Under the pieces are notes generated by a model. It searched no databases. It was not told the DNA's origin and saw only the letters and a program-made list of their open reading frames with translations. From Nanobdellota archaeon (GTDB lineage Archaea > Nanobdellota > Nanobdellia > Pacearchaeales > GW2011-AR1), in NCBI GenBank assembly GCA_027858295.1, contig JAQICZ010000043.1, forward strand, positions 23,699 through 87,698: 64,000 nucleotides of DNA, read 5' to 3'. Positions 1 to 9,163 of this stretch are shown here, piece after piece; position 1 is the first letter of the stretch; each line of letters starts with the position of its first letter. Both the position numbers and the translations under genes were made by a program.

Positions 1-293
1 CGTCTTGTTTTTCCTGAGCCTGAATATTCCCTAGTAAATACATTACATCTGCACCTCGAACAAGTGGAAACTCGTGGTAAATAATTAGAATCATATTTTG
101 TGGAACCAATATAATTTCCGCAATCTGCACAATACCATAATTGACGCTTATCCATACAGAATACCATCATCAGTATTCCAACCAAGGATAACAATGCACC
201 TATCTCAGAGCCGTCCATCATTATCACTATCCCAACTCCGAGCATAACTATACCCCCGAAGAATCTTCTTACATTAAAAACTTTTTCTACCAT
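1..293 (-). CDS. hypothetical small membrane protein with CxxC...CxxC zinc-ribbon-like tail (C-terminus off window)
   Basis: ATG at 293-291, open to position 1; hand translation MVEKVFNVRRFFGGIVMLGVGIVIMM...WYCADCGNYIGSTKYDSNYLPRVSTCSRCRC; absent from ORF track because there is no in-window stop. Confidence 0.4.
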   Translation of the reverse strand, partial: MVEKVFNVRRFFGGIVMLGVGIVIMMDGSEIGALLSLVGILMMVFCMDKRQLWYCADCGNYIGSTKYDSNYLPRVSTCSRCRCNVFTREYSGSGKTR

Positions 294-411
294 AATGAAT
301 TATTTTATTATTTTTATTAATCAAATAAAAAATATTCTCCTGACAATTTGGATCAAGAGGACATTTTGTTGAGAGCCTTCTTCTAAAGTCATTTGAAGTT
401 GTGTTTGATTA

Positions 412-846
412 TTATCTATAAATTTTATAATGGAATTCATCCCTTGCTAAACGATTCTCTAAATGAAAACCATTCTTCTGGCAAAAACTACAAGCTTTGC
501 TTGGGATACCTCTTCCACAAATAATCTTTATTGTCTTTTTTTCCCAAAGAGAAGCAATGCCAGCAACGCCTTCATTAATCCACCTGGTCTGCCTTATCAG
601 TTCAGGAAATTCATTTAGGACACTCACTCTTACACTAAAAGCCCCACTTACCTTAACTACACTAAGATCCTTTTGAGGAGACCCCTCATTATTTAGAGTT
701 ATCCCAATGTATGCTGTGCCGGGAGTATAGCCTTCAAGTACGATGACTCCATTTTCCTCCACCTCTATTGAAGTGATGCGCGACTGGGCTTCAGAAATTA
801 ATACGAAAGCCATTATTGATACGATAACGAAAATTAACTTTTTCAT
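412..846 (-). CDS. hypothetical secreted protein
   Basis: 144-aa ORF, ATG start, TAA stop; Sec-type signal peptide MKKLIFVIVSIMAFVLISEAQS; no family recognised. Confidence 0.6.
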   Translation of the reverse strand: MKKLIFVIVSIMAFVLISEAQSRITSIEVEENGVIVLEGYTPGTAYIGITLNNEGSPQKDLSVVKVSGAFSVRVSVLNEFPELIRQTRWINEGVAGIASLWEKKTIKIICGRGIPSKACSFCQKNGFHLENRLARDEFHYKIYR

Positions 847-866
847 AATTGTAAATTTTAAAATTA

Positions 867-1319
867 TTACTTGCCGCCATTTTTTGCACTTTCAATAGCA
901 GCTTTAAAACCTGAGCGAGGCAATTTGAATTTAAAACGTTCAAAAGAGCAATCAAACTCAGAATCTGAGATACCACTATGCAACATAGCAAATCTAAAAT
1001 TACCAGCACTATTAATTTTTATATAATACCCCCTCCCAATACAGCCCAAGTCAAATGACTTCTGTGGGTTATGAGCTTCAAAATCTATAGAACAAGGTTG
1101 CCTTCCAATCTTTAAACCTGGAAGAAGAATGCGAGCGTCCTCGGATACAGGATCGATTTCGAAAGTTATCTCCTGTCCCTTTTCAGATTTTACAGTTATA
1201 GTGGCACAATACCGATTGTCTTTAAAGACTGCTTTCCACTTGCCACTTCCAAGAGAGGAAGTGACTGTTAACGTTGCAAACAATGCAACTAAACTTAAGA
1301 CTAAAATTGATTTTTTCAT
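867..1319 (-). CDS. hypothetical secreted protein
   Basis: 150-aa ORF; signal peptide MKKSILVLSLVALFATLTVTSS, almost identical to that of 2658..3746. Confidence 0.6.
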   Translation of the reverse strand: MKKSILVLSLVALFATLTVTSSLGSGKWKAVFKDNRYCATITVKSEKGQEITFEIDPVSEDARILLPGLKIGRQPCSIDFEAHNPQKSFDLGCIGRGYYIKINSAGNFRFAMLHSGISDSEFDCSFERFKFKLPRSGFKAAIESAKNGGK

Positions 1320-1380
1320 AACGTTTTATTTTAAAACTAATAATTGTAATTTAATAATCCCGGATAATAACTAAAATGTA

Positions 1381-2595
1381 TTATTGTTTTCTATATATTT
1401 CAAACTTCTCACTTTTGGACAGAATATCTCTTTTTCCAGGATCTCTTAATATAACATTTATAGAATAGACTCCTGGCACTTTCTTTTCTGCAGGTAATCC
1501 GCCACTCAGGATATATTTACCGCTAGATGTTAACGGAAAATATTCGCTATGGACCTTCTTGCCTGTCATGTCATTTACTATATTTATAGCAACATGCAAC
1601 CTCTCTTTAGATGCTGCACGAATAACAGCCCCCCAGCAAATTTCTTCCTCTGCATAAAAACTTCTTTTAACGCCTGAAAAATCTGATAGAGTAGTTGCAT
1701 TGTTACCACGAACATTAAAAGAGAATATTAAAAAAATATTATCCTGCTCGGCATCTCTTGAGAAGACCAACTTAGTCCCTTTAGATACGGGCTTTCTATT
1801 ATTTTTAAAATCTGATTCTTTATTCTTACTAACGGACTTGCGCCAATAGCCATCTCCATAAGCTAAATATTCAAGAGAGTATTCTGAACCTATTTCTGAT
1901 AATACATCTCGAAAGTACATCCCAGCCCTAGGTGTAGAATATTTTTTCCTCTCCTCAGTTTTTTTCTCATTATAAAAATCACTTGAGGCTTTAGAATAAT
2001 CTAATTTTTGTAGGATAAAACCTTTGGACATGGCATCTAAAGCCTTCTTCTTCCCGACCTCTCGACCCGACCTTAATTCCTGCAGATAGTCTGATCCACC
2101 ATTACTCATGAATGATGAGAAACCTAAATTATCTGGATCAAAACCTTCCCTCCTAAACTCAAAAAAAGTATCCACCTGTTTTCTCTTCCAATCTAAAGAG
2201 TTTAAGAAAGCACTATTCCTAGAAATCAAAGATAAAATTTCACTCTTTTCCACAGCTACACTAATAGATATTCTGCCACCACATCTCCGACATCTACCGG
2301 AAGAACAAGATGGACAATCTACCCGAGTTTTTTTTATCTGTCTATTTATTAAACCAGTACCTTTACACCGACCACACTTTGGATATTCATCATACTTATT
2401 TTGCCTACCAGACCCCCTACAAAGTGGGCATGTTTGACCTACAAGTTGATCCTCCACTATAGTCCCAATACCATTACAATGCCCACAAATACCAGTATCG
2501 CAGAAATCGCAAGGAGCCATAGCAATGCCTTTCCCGTCCTGAGAATAAGCATTAATAGATAGAAAGACTACTATCGTTAAAATTAACTTTTTCAT
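1381..2595 (-). CDS. secreted protein with four DnaJ-type CxxCxGxG zinc-finger repeats
   Basis: 404 aa; signal peptide MKKLILTIVVFLSINAYSQ followed by CGHCNGIG, CPLCRGSG, CGRCKGTG, CRRCGG motifs; C-terminal half unassigned. Confidence 0.65.
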   Translation of the reverse strand: MKKLILTIVVFLSINAYSQDGKGIAMAPCDFCDTGICGHCNGIGTIVEDQLVGQTCPLCRGSGRQNKYDEYPKCGRCKGTGLINRQIKKTRVDCPSCSSGRCRRCGGRISISVAVEKSEILSLISRNSAFLNSLDWKRKQVDTFFEFRREGFDPDNLGFSSFMSNGGSDYLQELRSGREVGKKKALDAMSKGFILQKLDYSKASSDFYNEKKTEERKKYSTPRAGMYFRDVLSEIGSEYSLEYLAYGDGYWRKSVSKNKESDFKNNRKPVSKGTKLVFSRDAEQDNIFLIFSFNVRGNNATTLSDFSGVKRSFYAEEEICWGAVIRAASKERLHVAINIVNDMTGKKVHSEYFPLTSSGKYILSGGLPAEKKVPGVYSINVILRDPGKRDILSKSEKFEIYRKQ

Positions 2596-2657
2596 AACAC
2601 TTTATTTTTCAGATTAATTTAAAGAAGTAACTTAAAAATTAAGTTTTACTCTTGTTA

Positions 2658-3746
2658 TTAAAAACTTATAGTTAGTTGAGAAGACCTTACGTCCTGGTCT
2701 GCACCATTCCTATAATTAATATTTGTCCCTCTTACTCCCCTATAATTAGTTATAGAGTTCATTAAACCACGAATCCCCCCTTCTTCAATTTTAGCTTTAC
2801 AATTCAAGATTAGCTTGGTTTCTTCATAACCTATTTTACCACCTAAACAATCCTTTGTAACCATTGTGAACTCACCATTAAGCGATATCCTTTCTCCAGA
2901 CTTCCTCCCAGATAAAGATATATATGTACTTTCTTCTTTCTCATCACATAAATCGGTAAAAATAATTACGGGAATTTTTAAGGAAAAACTATTTCCTGAT
3001 TGGACTAACTTAACTTTCTTCCAAACATCCACCTCAATATAGTTGCCTAACTTTTTAGTACTTAATGAAAAACTATAATCTTCTCCGATATTGGAAAACC
3101 TATTTTGAGAGGAACTATTACTTTCACTTCTGACATTAGATGATGAGGACTGACTACTGGAATAACTACGCCTTCTAACTTCTGAGGGATGTCTATCGTA
3201 GTCTAAAGAAAATTTATAAACAAAAAGTCCAGGCCCGCCAGTTCCACCATAACCGCTGGACGAACTTTTTAAATATTCAAAATCACCATTGAGTATCTTT
3301 GGAAGAACTTCTCCGGGATCCATATTCTTAGGATTCATTAAATATCCTTGCCGTCTATACTCAGCATCGTCTGGTAACAAACCGAATTGATTTCTTTTTG
3401 ATTCTGAATAAAAGTCTGACTGACTTCCTAGTTGAGTATCCCACCCAGAGTAATTTTCTTTGTAAGCTTTAACGGTCATACCACTTTCGAAATATTTTAT
3501 TTCGTTAACAAGTATTACTGCTCTGCCATGATAATCTGTTTTGATTACTGCTACTTGGCTTCTTCCATCAAGCAACTCAATTATTACTCCTTCTAATGGA
3601 CGATTGTTATATTGATCCTCTACCTCGAAAACTAATGCCCAACTTGTTCCGTAATCAATTCTCCCCATAATACTATAATTACGTTGAGAGAATGCACTTG
3701 TTGCAAATAATGCAACCAAACTGAATAATACAATTGATTTTTTCAT
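2658..3746 (-). CDS. hypothetical secreted protein with Ser-rich linker
   Basis: 362 aa; signal peptide MKKSIVLFSLVALFATSAFSQ; low-complexity SYSSSQSSSSNVRSESNSSSQ segment. Confidence 0.6.
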   Translation of the reverse strand: MKKSIVLFSLVALFATSAFSQRNYSIMGRIDYGTSWALVFEVEDQYNNRPLEGVIIELLDGRSQVAVIKTDYHGRAVILVNEIKYFESGMTVKAYKENYSGWDTQLGSQSDFYSESKRNQFGLLPDDAEYRRQGYLMNPKNMDPGEVLPKILNGDFEYLKSSSSGYGGTGGPGLFVYKFSLDYDRHPSEVRRRSYSSSQSSSSNVRSESNSSSQNRFSNIGEDYSFSLSTKKLGNYIEVDVWKKVKLVQSGNSFSLKIPVIIFTDLCDEKEESTYISLSGRKSGERISLNGEFTMVTKDCLGGKIGYEETKLILNCKAKIEEGGIRGLMNSITNYRGVRGTNINYRNGADQDVRSSQLTISF

Positions 3747-3810
3747 AATGTTGAAATTTAAAGATTAAATTCAATCCTCTTTTTTATTTATTTTAAGTTC
3801 AATCACTATT

Positions 3811-4308
3811 CTACTTTTCGTTAAAGCATTTTCCATCATACACATAAACCTTCCTGGTTATACTAAAGTCATGTGGACTCATATATTTGACTATTAGCCT
3901 ACCCCCTTCTATTTTATAATTTGATCCAGGCCATAGAAATAATATATCCTCAACACCGTTCTCATTAACAAAGTCTATTGATTTGGTGCGCCATCTGCTT
4001 CCCACATCTAAAGCTACAATTTTAGATGGACCTGTATTGCCCAAACATATTGTCCACCAAGAGACCAGCACAAGTTTATCTCCGTCAACAGATAAATGAG
4101 TTAAATCGTATTCTATTGATGAAGACTTATCGAGCCCTCTCTCGCAATCATCCAGATGATTGGCATACATATACTTTGAGACTATTTTGGTTTCAATAGC
4201 CGATTTTTCACCCTCAGGTGCAAAATGGAATTTAAAACAATCCCATTTTAGGATTACAATTATCGCGATAGAGATTATCACGACTAATACTGTCATTAAC
4301 TTTTTCAT
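3811..4308 (-). CDS. hypothetical N-terminally anchored membrane protein
   Basis: 165 aa; single N-terminal TM helix LMTVLVVIISIAIIVIL; ATG start, TAG stop. Confidence 0.55.
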   Translation of the reverse strand: MKKLMTVLVVIISIAIIVILKWDCFKFHFAPEGEKSAIETKIVSKYMYANHLDDCERGLDKSSSIEYDLTHLSVDGDKLVLVSWWTICLGNTGPSKIVALDVGSRWRTKSIDFVNENGVEDILFLWPGSNYKIEGGRLIVKYMSPHDFSITRKVYVYDGKCFNEK

Positions 4309-4812
4309 AACTGTAAATTTAATTGATTAAAATTTGATAATTTGTTTTTATTATTGACAATATTGTTAACAATAAAAACTTAAAAAAATGTTCAGACTAA
4401 AATGGTAATATTGGAGAGCTATCTACATCTAATTTCTTTGTATCTGGATTAGAAATTAGCCCTGCTTTTCTAGATGTGTCTTTTCTAAAAAGTGATTTTA
4501 TATTAAAACCTCTGTTAAACAGTTTTCCAATGAGATATCCAAATGCTGCAATGAAAAGAATTGTGCCGAAGATGAATTTTATGGTTTCTATGTTGTATGA
4601 TTTTAGTGAAACATTATTGAATAATATAGAAATTATTATTTACAATGTTGTTAACAATGGATTTCTAAAAAAATGTAAGCTAAGCTAAGTTTACATAGAT
4701 TCGGATTCTCATATAAATCGCTAAAGTACGATTGTATCAGGGTATTTCACATTAAGTCTTAAGCGGCTTATTGTGATTTCAATTTTCTTCTTTTGCGAAA
4801 AAAATGAAGAAT

Positions 4813-4946
4813 AAAAAGGATTTGAGACAATCTTTTTTATTAATTAAGTTATTATAAAAATACCTTAGGCGAAATTGTTTTTTAATGTTGCCTTTATTTT
4901 TGAGAACTTTTAATCAATAAAACTAATAAATGCTCAAATCCTTTTT
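4813..4946. other. 14-bp perfect inverted repeat pair flanking 106 bp
   Basis: AAAAAGGATTTGAG at 4813-4826 and its exact reverse complement CTCAAATCCTTTTT at 4933-4946, inside the 786-bp gene-free spacer 4309-5094. Confidence 0.8.
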
Positions 4947-5094
4947 TTGTTTTAATTTAATGAAAGGGTTTTTATTTTTTACCCAATTACCTTCCCCTTG
5001 TTGGTGTCAAATTTCACTGACTAATTAGACTATTCAACATCATAATTTATGAATACATAATAAGCTACGTCTTCTAAAAAATAATAATTTCTCG

Positions 5095-5841
5095 TTAATA
5101 TAGCCCATAGTAAGCTGTAGAATTTGGCCAATATCCCCATCCATGATTCAGGGCTGATTCTTCTCTTGTTAGCCAACATTCGCCAGACTTATTCATTACA
5201 TAGATTTCTCCTGAGTCGGAAGTAATCATTAGCCCGGGAGATGTTTCTGCACGGAAGGTTATACATTGATTTTCTCCTGGCTTATAATGTTGTAAAAATT
5301 CCTCGTAATTGCTGATTAAATACCAACCGTCAAGGAAACAAGTTAATGGAAACTTCTTAATTACAGGAGCTAAATCGTCGGCACTCCATTCTAGTGGAAA
5401 AGGTTTGGCATGCAACTTTCTAATCTGATTGTTAAATAGAATGTCTGTTGTTTCAACGACTCCGTTCTTTGTATAAACTTGACCATGATTGTTTTTCAAA
5501 ACAGCACCTTCTTCTTTTGTTCTGCCGGAAAAAGTATTTCCGTCAACATTGTAACTAAGAACCGTCCCCTTAGGAATTTGTATCAATTCAAAATCACCAT
5601 CAACGGGACGGGTTTTGATGAGCTGATAGAAGGCCTCACAAAAGTCCGAAGAATACGGATAATAGTTCTTTTCAGAATCTGATTGTGCCAATTTTTCCAA
5701 AGCCTCGGCCTTTTCTTTGGCTGCCTCATCTTCGGCCAGACGGGCTTTCTTACTTTCAATTTGCCAAACCATTACTACTAATACTACTACGAGGGCGGCT
5801 GCAACTAACAACCACGTTCTCTTTTTTTGAATTGTCTTCAT
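5095..5841 (-). CDS. hypothetical N-terminally anchored protein
   Basis: Track ORF 5095..5928 extends through a hexamer repeat and a hairpin; internal ATG at 5841 gives MKTIQKKRTWLLVAAALVVVLVVMVW (TM anchor). Confidence 0.55.
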   Translation of the reverse strand: MKTIQKKRTWLLVAAALVVVLVVMVWQIESKKARLAEDEAAKEKAEALEKLAQSDSEKNYYPYSSDFCEAFYQLIKTRPVDGDFELIQIPKGTVLSYNVDGNTFSGRTKEEGAVLKNNHGQVYTKNGVVETTDILFNNQIRKLHAKPFPLEWSADDLAPVIKKFPLTCFLDGWYLISNYEEFLQHYKPGENQCITFRAETSPGLMITSDSGEIYVMNKSGECWLTREESALNHGWGYWPNSTAYYGLY

Positions 5842-5871
5842 AATTTTAATTTTAATTTTAACTTTAATCTT
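5842..5871. repeat. (AATTTT)-like hexamer tandem repeat, 5 units
   Basis: aatttt aatttt aatttt aacttt aatctt read directly, between the ATG at 5841 and the R1-a hairpin. Confidence 0.85.
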
Positions 5872-5874
5872 AAT

Positions 5875-5928
5875 TTGCCTCGCAGGGTCGGGACTATTTA
5901 TTAAATTATCCGTCGCGCTGCGAGGCAA
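5875..5928 (-). repeat. R1 junction element copy a (perfect 11-bp arms)
   Basis: TTGCCTCGCAG (5875-5885) and CTGCGAGGCAA (5918-5928) are exact reverse complements; AT-rich core ends in ATTATCCGTCGCG. Confidence 0.85.
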
Positions 5929-5948
5929 TTTTTAATTGAATATGATGG

Positions 5949-6764
5949 TTAAACTGCAATTGGACCCTTTATGTTCGGATGGGCAATATAATCTACCAAT
6001 TCAAAATCTTCAAATTTAAAGTCGAATATTGATTTGATAGATGGATTTATTTTCATCATTGGAAGTGGATATGGCTCTCTTGATAATTGCAAAGTCACTT
6101 GCTCGATATGATTTGAATAAATATGGGTATCACCTAAGGTGTGAACGAATTCACCTAATTCTAAATTACAAACTTGCGCCATCATCATTGTTAGTAGCGC
6201 ATATGAAGCAATATTGAATGGCACACCTAAAAAAGTATCGGCAGACCTCTGATAAAGCAGACATGAAAGTTTTCCATTTGCGACATAGAACTGGAAGAAT
6301 GCATGACAAGGTGGCAGATTCATATTCGGAATATCTGCAACATTCCAAGCACTTACAATTATTCTTCGCGAGTCGGGATTTACCTTAATTGTATTTACAG
6401 CCTCTTTTATTTGGTCTATACTCCCTCCTTGGTAATCTGGCCAGCTTCTCCACTGATAACCATAAATATGCCCAAGGTTTCCCTCTCTATCCGCCCATTC
6501 ATTCCAAATTCTTACTCCATTTTCTTGGAGATATTTAACATTTGTATCACCTGCCAAAAACCATAGCAGTTCATAGATTATTGATTTTAGGTGAAGCTTC
6601 TTTGTTGTTACCAATGGAAAACCTTCCCTTAGATCAAAGCGCATTTGGTAACCGAATACCGAAATTGTTCCGGTACCGGTTCTGTCTTCTTTTTGCACAC
6701 CGTTTTTTGAAACGTGCTTTAATAAATCTAGATATTGTCTCATTATGTTCGTTTTAATATTCAT
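5949..6764 (-). CDS. thyA: thymidylate synthase (ThyA type)
   Basis: Full-length ThyA motifs: [64 protein letters not shown]; real start may be the internal MRQYLDLL at 6743. Confidence 0.95.
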   Translation of the reverse strand: MNIKTNIMRQYLDLLKHVSKNGVQKEDRTGTGTISVFGYQMRFDLREGFPLVTTKKLHLKSIIYELLWFLAGDTNVKYLQENGVRIWNEWADREGNLGHIYGYQWRSWPDYQGGSIDQIKEAVNTIKVNPDSRRIIVSAWNVADIPNMNLPPCHAFFQFYVANGKLSCLLYQRSADTFLGVPFNIASYALLTMMMAQVCNLELGEFVHTLGDTHIYSNHIEQVTLQLSREPYPLPMMKINPSIKSIFDFKFEDFELVDYIAHPNIKGPIAV

Positions 6765-7052
6765 TTAATCTGTCTGCTCTATTTGATTAGGTTCTTTAAC
6801 CAATACAGCCTGCTCCTTTAATACCAAGCTATTTGCAAATGATTCCTGCTGTAGCGATAGGGTCCTGTTAGTAATCTCCTCAGAGTATTTTCGCAATTCA
6901 ATAAGGGATTTGTGAAGCTTCTTTTGTGCTTCGACTAAACTATTTTGGTTTTCCACTGTTGGATTCCGTTTGAACTGAGTGGTATAAACACTTGCTTCTA
7001 CTGCAAATTTTACAGTGGCTGATAGATGATTTGAATTATACAAGTTTTCCAT
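6765..7052 (-). CDS. hypothetical protein
   Basis: 95-aa ORF; its TAA stop (6765-6767) abuts the thyA ATG (6762-6764), suggesting co-transcription. Confidence 0.5.
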   Translation of the reverse strand: MENLYNSNHLSATVKFAVEASVYTTQFKRNPTVENQNSLVEAQKKLHKSLIELRKYSEEITNRTLSLQQESFANSLVLKEQAVLVKEPNQIEQTD

Positions 7053-7286
7053 TTTTCTTTTATTTCGTTTTTTGTGATTTTATTTTCAGGTGCCCCTTTA
7101 TTATTTCAAGGTCACAGGTTTCGTACACTGACTCTAAATAGTCGTAATCATTACAAGTGTCTATGGCTAAAAATATTTGCCACTCAACTTCCTCCTCTTC
7201 TGCTTTTTCGACTGCAGAATTATAATCTTCTATTAATTTATTAATTTATGAGGAAGGGTCGTGTTCCATTCCTTAAGTGCAGAAAA

Positions 7287-7607
7287 TCAGACATCAGGCA
7301 AACCACTTCTATTAGCTTTTAGGGGAACAAGAATGATTCTTCTCATATAAGTTTTAAGTTCTTGTTTTAGGTGTAATTCAAGCTTCTCAATCCCAAGGCC
7401 AGAAGATAAAGCAAACAAAGTGTATTTATCTTTTACCAGCATAAATTCGATAAGCCCCGTTAGGAATGAAAGAGCCAATTCTTTAGTTTGAATTATTGAC
7501 ATAGCATCTCCTATAAATCCTGGATATAATAAGCCAGAATTAACAATTGATTCTTTTGCCCCGTATAAACAAGTTTCGAAAGTCATTTGATTCTTCTTTG
7601 TCATCAT
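7287..7607 (-). CDS. hypothetical protein
   Basis: Track start 7610 is TTG; first ATG at 7607; TGA stop. Confidence 0.5.
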   Translation of the reverse strand: MMTKKNQMTFETCLYGAKESIVNSGLLYPGFIGDAMSIIQTKELALSFLTGLIEFMLVKDKYTLFALSSGLGIEKLELHLKQELKTYMRRIILVPLKANRSGLPDV

Positions 7608-7610
7608 CAA

Positions 7611-8210
7611 TTAACTTTTAGAATTTCTCATTTTGCTAATCCGGGAATCAAGCACTTTATTTAAGTGCCGAGTCACCAGAAAGTTGTTGTTTGCCAGGTA
7701 CCTCGCTTTCAATAAAGAAAGGGTATCTGCAGAATCTGCTGAAATAGTTATAATGCCGTATAAGGTTTCGTCTGAAATCTTCGACCAACTAATTCTCTTG
7801 TCAGTTAATACTAATGTAGCCATCTTGACATACCATCCGTCTCTTATGGCATCCTGATATATATCTCCTTCATTTGAGCCGTAGATACATTCGTATCCAA
7901 AGGTTAAATAATAAATGAATACCATGTTTCTCAAAATAGCATCGTCTTCTTGGAAGTTGAAAATTACCCTATGCACTGAATTTTCAGTTGACTCCAAGAG
8001 AACAAAATCTAAAAGATTTTCTCCTGCCAATTCAAAATTTGGTTTAACTTGGAAATCCAATAGTTTTCTTTGGAATTTCTCAACTATTTGCCGCAATCCA
8101 AAATTCGAAGGGAGTTCTACTTTTGAATTCATTTCATAAAATAGCAATCTCACTTCGTCATCTGTTGGAAATGGCATGAAGATATCTTTTTCTAATATTA
8201 ATATTTTCAT
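7611..8210 (-). CDS. hypothetical protein
   Basis: Track start 8219 is GTG; ATG at 8210 gives MKILILEKDIF; stop abuts the next gene. Confidence 0.5.
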   Translation of the reverse strand: MKILILEKDIFMPFPTDDEVRLLFYEMNSKVELPSNFGLRQIVEKFQRKLLDFQVKPNFELAGENLLDFVLLESTENSVHRVIFNFQEDDAILRNMVFIYYLTFGYECIYGSNEGDIYQDAIRDGWYVKMATLVLTDKRISWSKISDETLYGIITISADSADTLSLLKARYLANNNFLVTRHLNKVLDSRISKMRNSKS

Positions 8211-8366
8211 TTTTATCACTTTTAGGTTAAAATGTCTGTAGATTGGATGCCGAATTAGTTATGATAATAGAACCAGCCTTCGTAAACAAAGCTCTAAATA
8301 CCAGAGAATGTGATAGCTAAGAGCTTCATTTTACGAAGTCCAATCTAACGTGCGTATTAAATAATT

Positions 8367-8699
8367 CTACGTCAAAATTTTACAACCAGAAGTAGGATAT
8401 GTTTGATATGAATAGCCTGAGTCCTCGGCTATCAATTCACTAACAACTAACCCAATTTCCAACTGATACAAAGTTTGCGATGGAGCGGCAAGCTGCCCAG
8501 ATCCTTCTACTGGAATCCAAATCTCACAGTCTTTATACTTATCCCTTTGCTTTTCCGGCCAGTGTTCCAAAGCTAGTTCCATATTAAGGATTTTCATTAC
8601 TTTAGATTCTGGAGAAAGCTCATCTTTGAATTTTTCTGCAACGGCTTTAAGAAGAGAGCATATATTATACCCATTTTCTTTTGATGAATTTTTGTTCAT
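8367..8699 (-). CDS. hypothetical protein
   Basis: 110-aa ORF, ATG start, TAG stop. Confidence 0.5.
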   Translation of the reverse strand: MNKNSSKENGYNICSLLKAVAEKFKDELSPESKVMKILNMELALEHWPEKQRDKYKDCEIWIPVEGSGQLAAPSQTLYQLEIGLVVSELIAEDSGYSYQTYPTSGCKILT

Positions 8700-8737
8700 A
8701 ATCTTACTGGTTTTAATTTAAATAAATTACTTTTAAG

Positions 8738-8959
8738 TTAGAAAGGTAAATCATCCTTTTTATTTGAGAAAGATTCTTCTTTCTTTTTTGTAGTAGGAAA
8801 ATTTACTATTAGATCTGAATAATCGGTATCTATTTCCACTTCTGGGAGGTGGAATTCGGGATCGAAAAACTCTTGCTCTTGATTTTCGTTATCAAGGGCT
8901 ATTTGTCCTAAACCCAACAAAGGTTTCAGGTAATCCAGCTCATGATTGTTTAAATACAT
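8738..8959 (-). CDS. hypothetical small acidic protein
   Basis: 73-aa ORF, ATG start, TAA stop. Confidence 0.45.
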   Translation of the reverse strand: MYLNNHELDYLKPLLGLGQIALDNENQEQEFFDPEFHLPEVEIDTDYSDLIVNFPTTKKKEESFSNKKDDLPF

Positions 8960-8961
8960 AA

Positions 8962-9132
8962 TTAATCTTCAATTACTTCTGGATTATCTATTCTGTTGTC
9001 TGGGTGAAATTCATCCAAAACATCATTAAGACCTTCATCTACGGGACCATTGCCTACTGGAAAGCCACCGGGCACCCCAGATTCTAGTTCTTGAGCCTTA
9101 AACTCGGCGAAATTAAATTTTTCTTCTACCAT
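8962..9132 (-). CDS. hypothetical small acidic protein
   Basis: Hand-translated 56-aa ORF below the track size cutoff: MVEEKFNFAEFKAQELESGVPGGFPVGNGPVDEGLNDVLDEFHPDNRIDNPEVIED; stop 2 nt from the next ATG. Confidence 0.35.
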   Translation of the reverse strand: MVEEKFNFAEFKAQELESGVPGGFPVGNGPVDEGLNDVLDEFHPDNRIDNPEVIED

Positions 9133-9163
9133 TTGATTTTAAGTTTAATTTATTTTTAATTTG

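Noticed and set aside
7066-7250. Start-less open frames in spacers (about 60 codons at 7066-7250; about 75 codons at 4405-4640; the upstream extension of 24607..24855)
   Set aside because: They have no ATG, GTG or TTG start and no recognisable family. They may be further gene remnants, but the evidence is too thin to call features.
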